A stretch of DNA of 64,000 nucleotides from Heteronotia binoei (taxonomy: Eukaryota): NCBI RefSeq assembly GCF_032191835.1, contig NC_083230.1, positions 93,124,001 to 93,188,000 of the forward strand, written 5' to 3'. The notes below the pieces were generated by a model, which saw only the letters and a list, made by a program, of their open reading frames with translations, did not search any database and was not told the DNA's origin. Shown in pieces: positions 61,851 through 64,000 of the stretch (position 1 is its first letter; each line of letters starts with the position of its first letter). A program made the translations under genes and the position numbers.

Positions 61851-63894
61851 AGGATACATAAACTAGGAGAGGGCTAATGTTTTCTGAATTAAAACTGAAG
61901 TCACACTTTAACCTTACATGATTAAAAAAGATTTAATTTTAGGGTATGAAAGTAAAGTATGCTTGCCGATATTTAACTACTCATAGGGATTTAGTAGGCA
62001 AATGTAGATGCCACCTCTCCAGAGACCTGCTCAAGGCAGCTCAAAAAGTAAAAACAAACACAACAAAATAATGAAAAAAACAGTGTAAGACTGATGAGTT
62101 CATGGCACTCAAAACAAGCCTGGGGCACAAACACTCAGCAAAGTATAAAATTCCAAGGCCGATTCAGAAGCACTGAAATGCATAGCCCAGCTCTAATCAT
62201 ATTGATTTGACCTGAAAATCAATCCCACTGAAATCAGTCAAGCTCTCAACAGTACAATCCTAAATAGACATATACCCTTTTAAGTCCAAAAGTCAATGGG
62301 CTTAGAAGGGTGCCATTCTTCTTAGGATTGTTCTGTTGAACTTGTATAAGCATTGTTGTTATGCACTGACTGTAGGAATCTACTTTAATGACTGAAGCAG
62401 CAGCAAGAGCAATGCTTAATTTTTAAAACTGCCAAGCTTGGGAAAAGGTGATGTGTTTCTTTTCTTATTAGGTGTGATGTCATTGGTATTGGTCCCCCGT
62501 GTTTTCATTGCTACTGGTGACAATTCTTTTGTTTTATTTCTTTATTGCCATGCACATATCATGCATGCTATTTTTAAACCATTAACACTCAAGTGCTGGG
62601 GAAAATGGCATTGAAAAACGTATTAAATTTAATGGGGAAAATTCAACACAGGAAAAGAGAAAGTGGTACAAAAATAAAACAAATTAATCACAGCTATCCA
62701 TCTGGAATGATTATCATAATACAAAATAAAGACTCTTGGATTTGTGTCTAACAAGGGAAAACCAGAATCAAAATGTGACTGTTCAAACTAAGAAAGAGTT
62801 CACAATTTGGTCACATTCCCTGAGCGCATGCTCCACAATGCCTGGTTTGAGATGTGGCAAAATTTCCTGCTCTCAGAGGAGGAAGTTAAGAAGAGGAGTC
62901 CACACCCATAGCTATGCAGAGAGCTTTTAATTAACATATTGTTTCTGGCATGCTTACAGTTTTCTGAAGCCATAGTTGTGCCCCCCAGGACACATTTGGC
63001 TGAGTGGCTGTGTGTTTTCCCAGACAATTAAGCACACATACATACATAGAAGGAATTATACATTTGCTTCTGAGGAAACCTATGGCAGCACAAATTGCCA
63101 AGGATCTCAGTTTTTTATTATGCTTTATCAAAGATGCATTTTAGGAGCCCAAGTTTTTACTGTAATGCCTTGGGTTTTACTCTATATGTCTGAACAGCAG
63201 GAAATGTAGTCTGCAGAAGGAAATGATTAGGAGGCATGGAATTTAATACAATATGTTACAAATATCCTTAAAACACTGAGTAGTCAGCATTCTACAGGAC
63301 ACAGGCACTCTGTGATAAAACTATCTCTGGCTAAGTCATTGTTCATGGCACCAGAGGGATCCAGACATTCACATGGATATTGAAAAGCAAATTGTTTTTC
63401 AATATCCAGAATTTTTTATTTTCAGTATCCCTGCTAACAATTTACAGTGACTCCTGGAATTCTGTTCTGTGCACTGTCTCTCAGTGGGGGTAGGATACCA
63501 TTGCAAGGCTAGCACATATTCTGGCACGGAGGCCCAACAATCATCAGAGAATCTGCACTAGTAATCAAATGGACGATTACAGAGTTTAGTTGTCATAAAG
63601 ATCTCTGTGCCTATTCAGCTACAAATTCAAATTCTCTGGTGAATACTGACTTTACATTGGAAATACAGGGATGAAGGCCAGATTAATCATTCCTGTACTA
63701 TAGAATAAGGACACAAATAGGTTAGAAACTCTGCTGAAGTATAATGATCTCAGAGTATTTCCAGGCAAAGAATTTCCATTCCCACTCCCACCCCCCACAT
63801 CAGAGGAAAGAGGCAAACATCAAGTTTGGGTTTAACTAAGGGCCACTTTATTAACTATTTACAACTTAAGCAGAAAGGGTACATGCTGAGTGTG

Positions 63895-64000
63895 GGGTCG
63901 TTTTCGCACTCACCTTAATCAGCAGCAACGACCCTCTTCACCGCGCAGGATCTGCGCGGATTTCGCACTAATTGCCGCAGAGCACCCAGAAGAGCCGGAA
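63895..64000. mobile_element. Second copy of the Harbinger-like palindromic MITE, cut by the window edge
   Basis: High identity to 26915-27020. Confidence 0.85.

Overview
Vertebrate nuclear DNA from a squamate reptile, most likely a gecko. The lineage is inferred from the repeat set: Sauria SINE, Squam2/Squam3-like tRNA SINEs, BovB and 5S-headed SINEs. The window is AT-rich intronic or intergenic sequence packed with transposable elements: CR1, L2, L1, RTE/BovB, Penelope-like and DIRS fragments, a near-complete but dead hAT transposon, and many hAT- and PIF/Harbinger-type MITEs, several with readable target-site duplications (TSDs). Every ORF-track ORF whose product I could recognise is TE-derived, and I could not confidently identify a host gene exon. 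There is no evidence of prokaryotic systems or of a clearly new biological system. The most interesting signals are: (i) decayed Penelope-type hammerhead-ribozyme cores at three sites; (ii) a three-level nest RTE > hAT > L2 with an intact TSD; (iii) a young L1 with an open 445-aa ORF2 end and an odd 54-bp 3' junction segment; (iv) a MITE family carrying octamer, CACCC and CCAAT motifs; (v) a 5S-headed SINE sharing its tail with a co-resident RTE; (vi) a strong minus-strand bias of retroelements; and (vii) a tentative phase-compatible minus-strand exon chain. Family names come from by-eye motif recognition, not database searches, and boundaries without a TSD are approximate.
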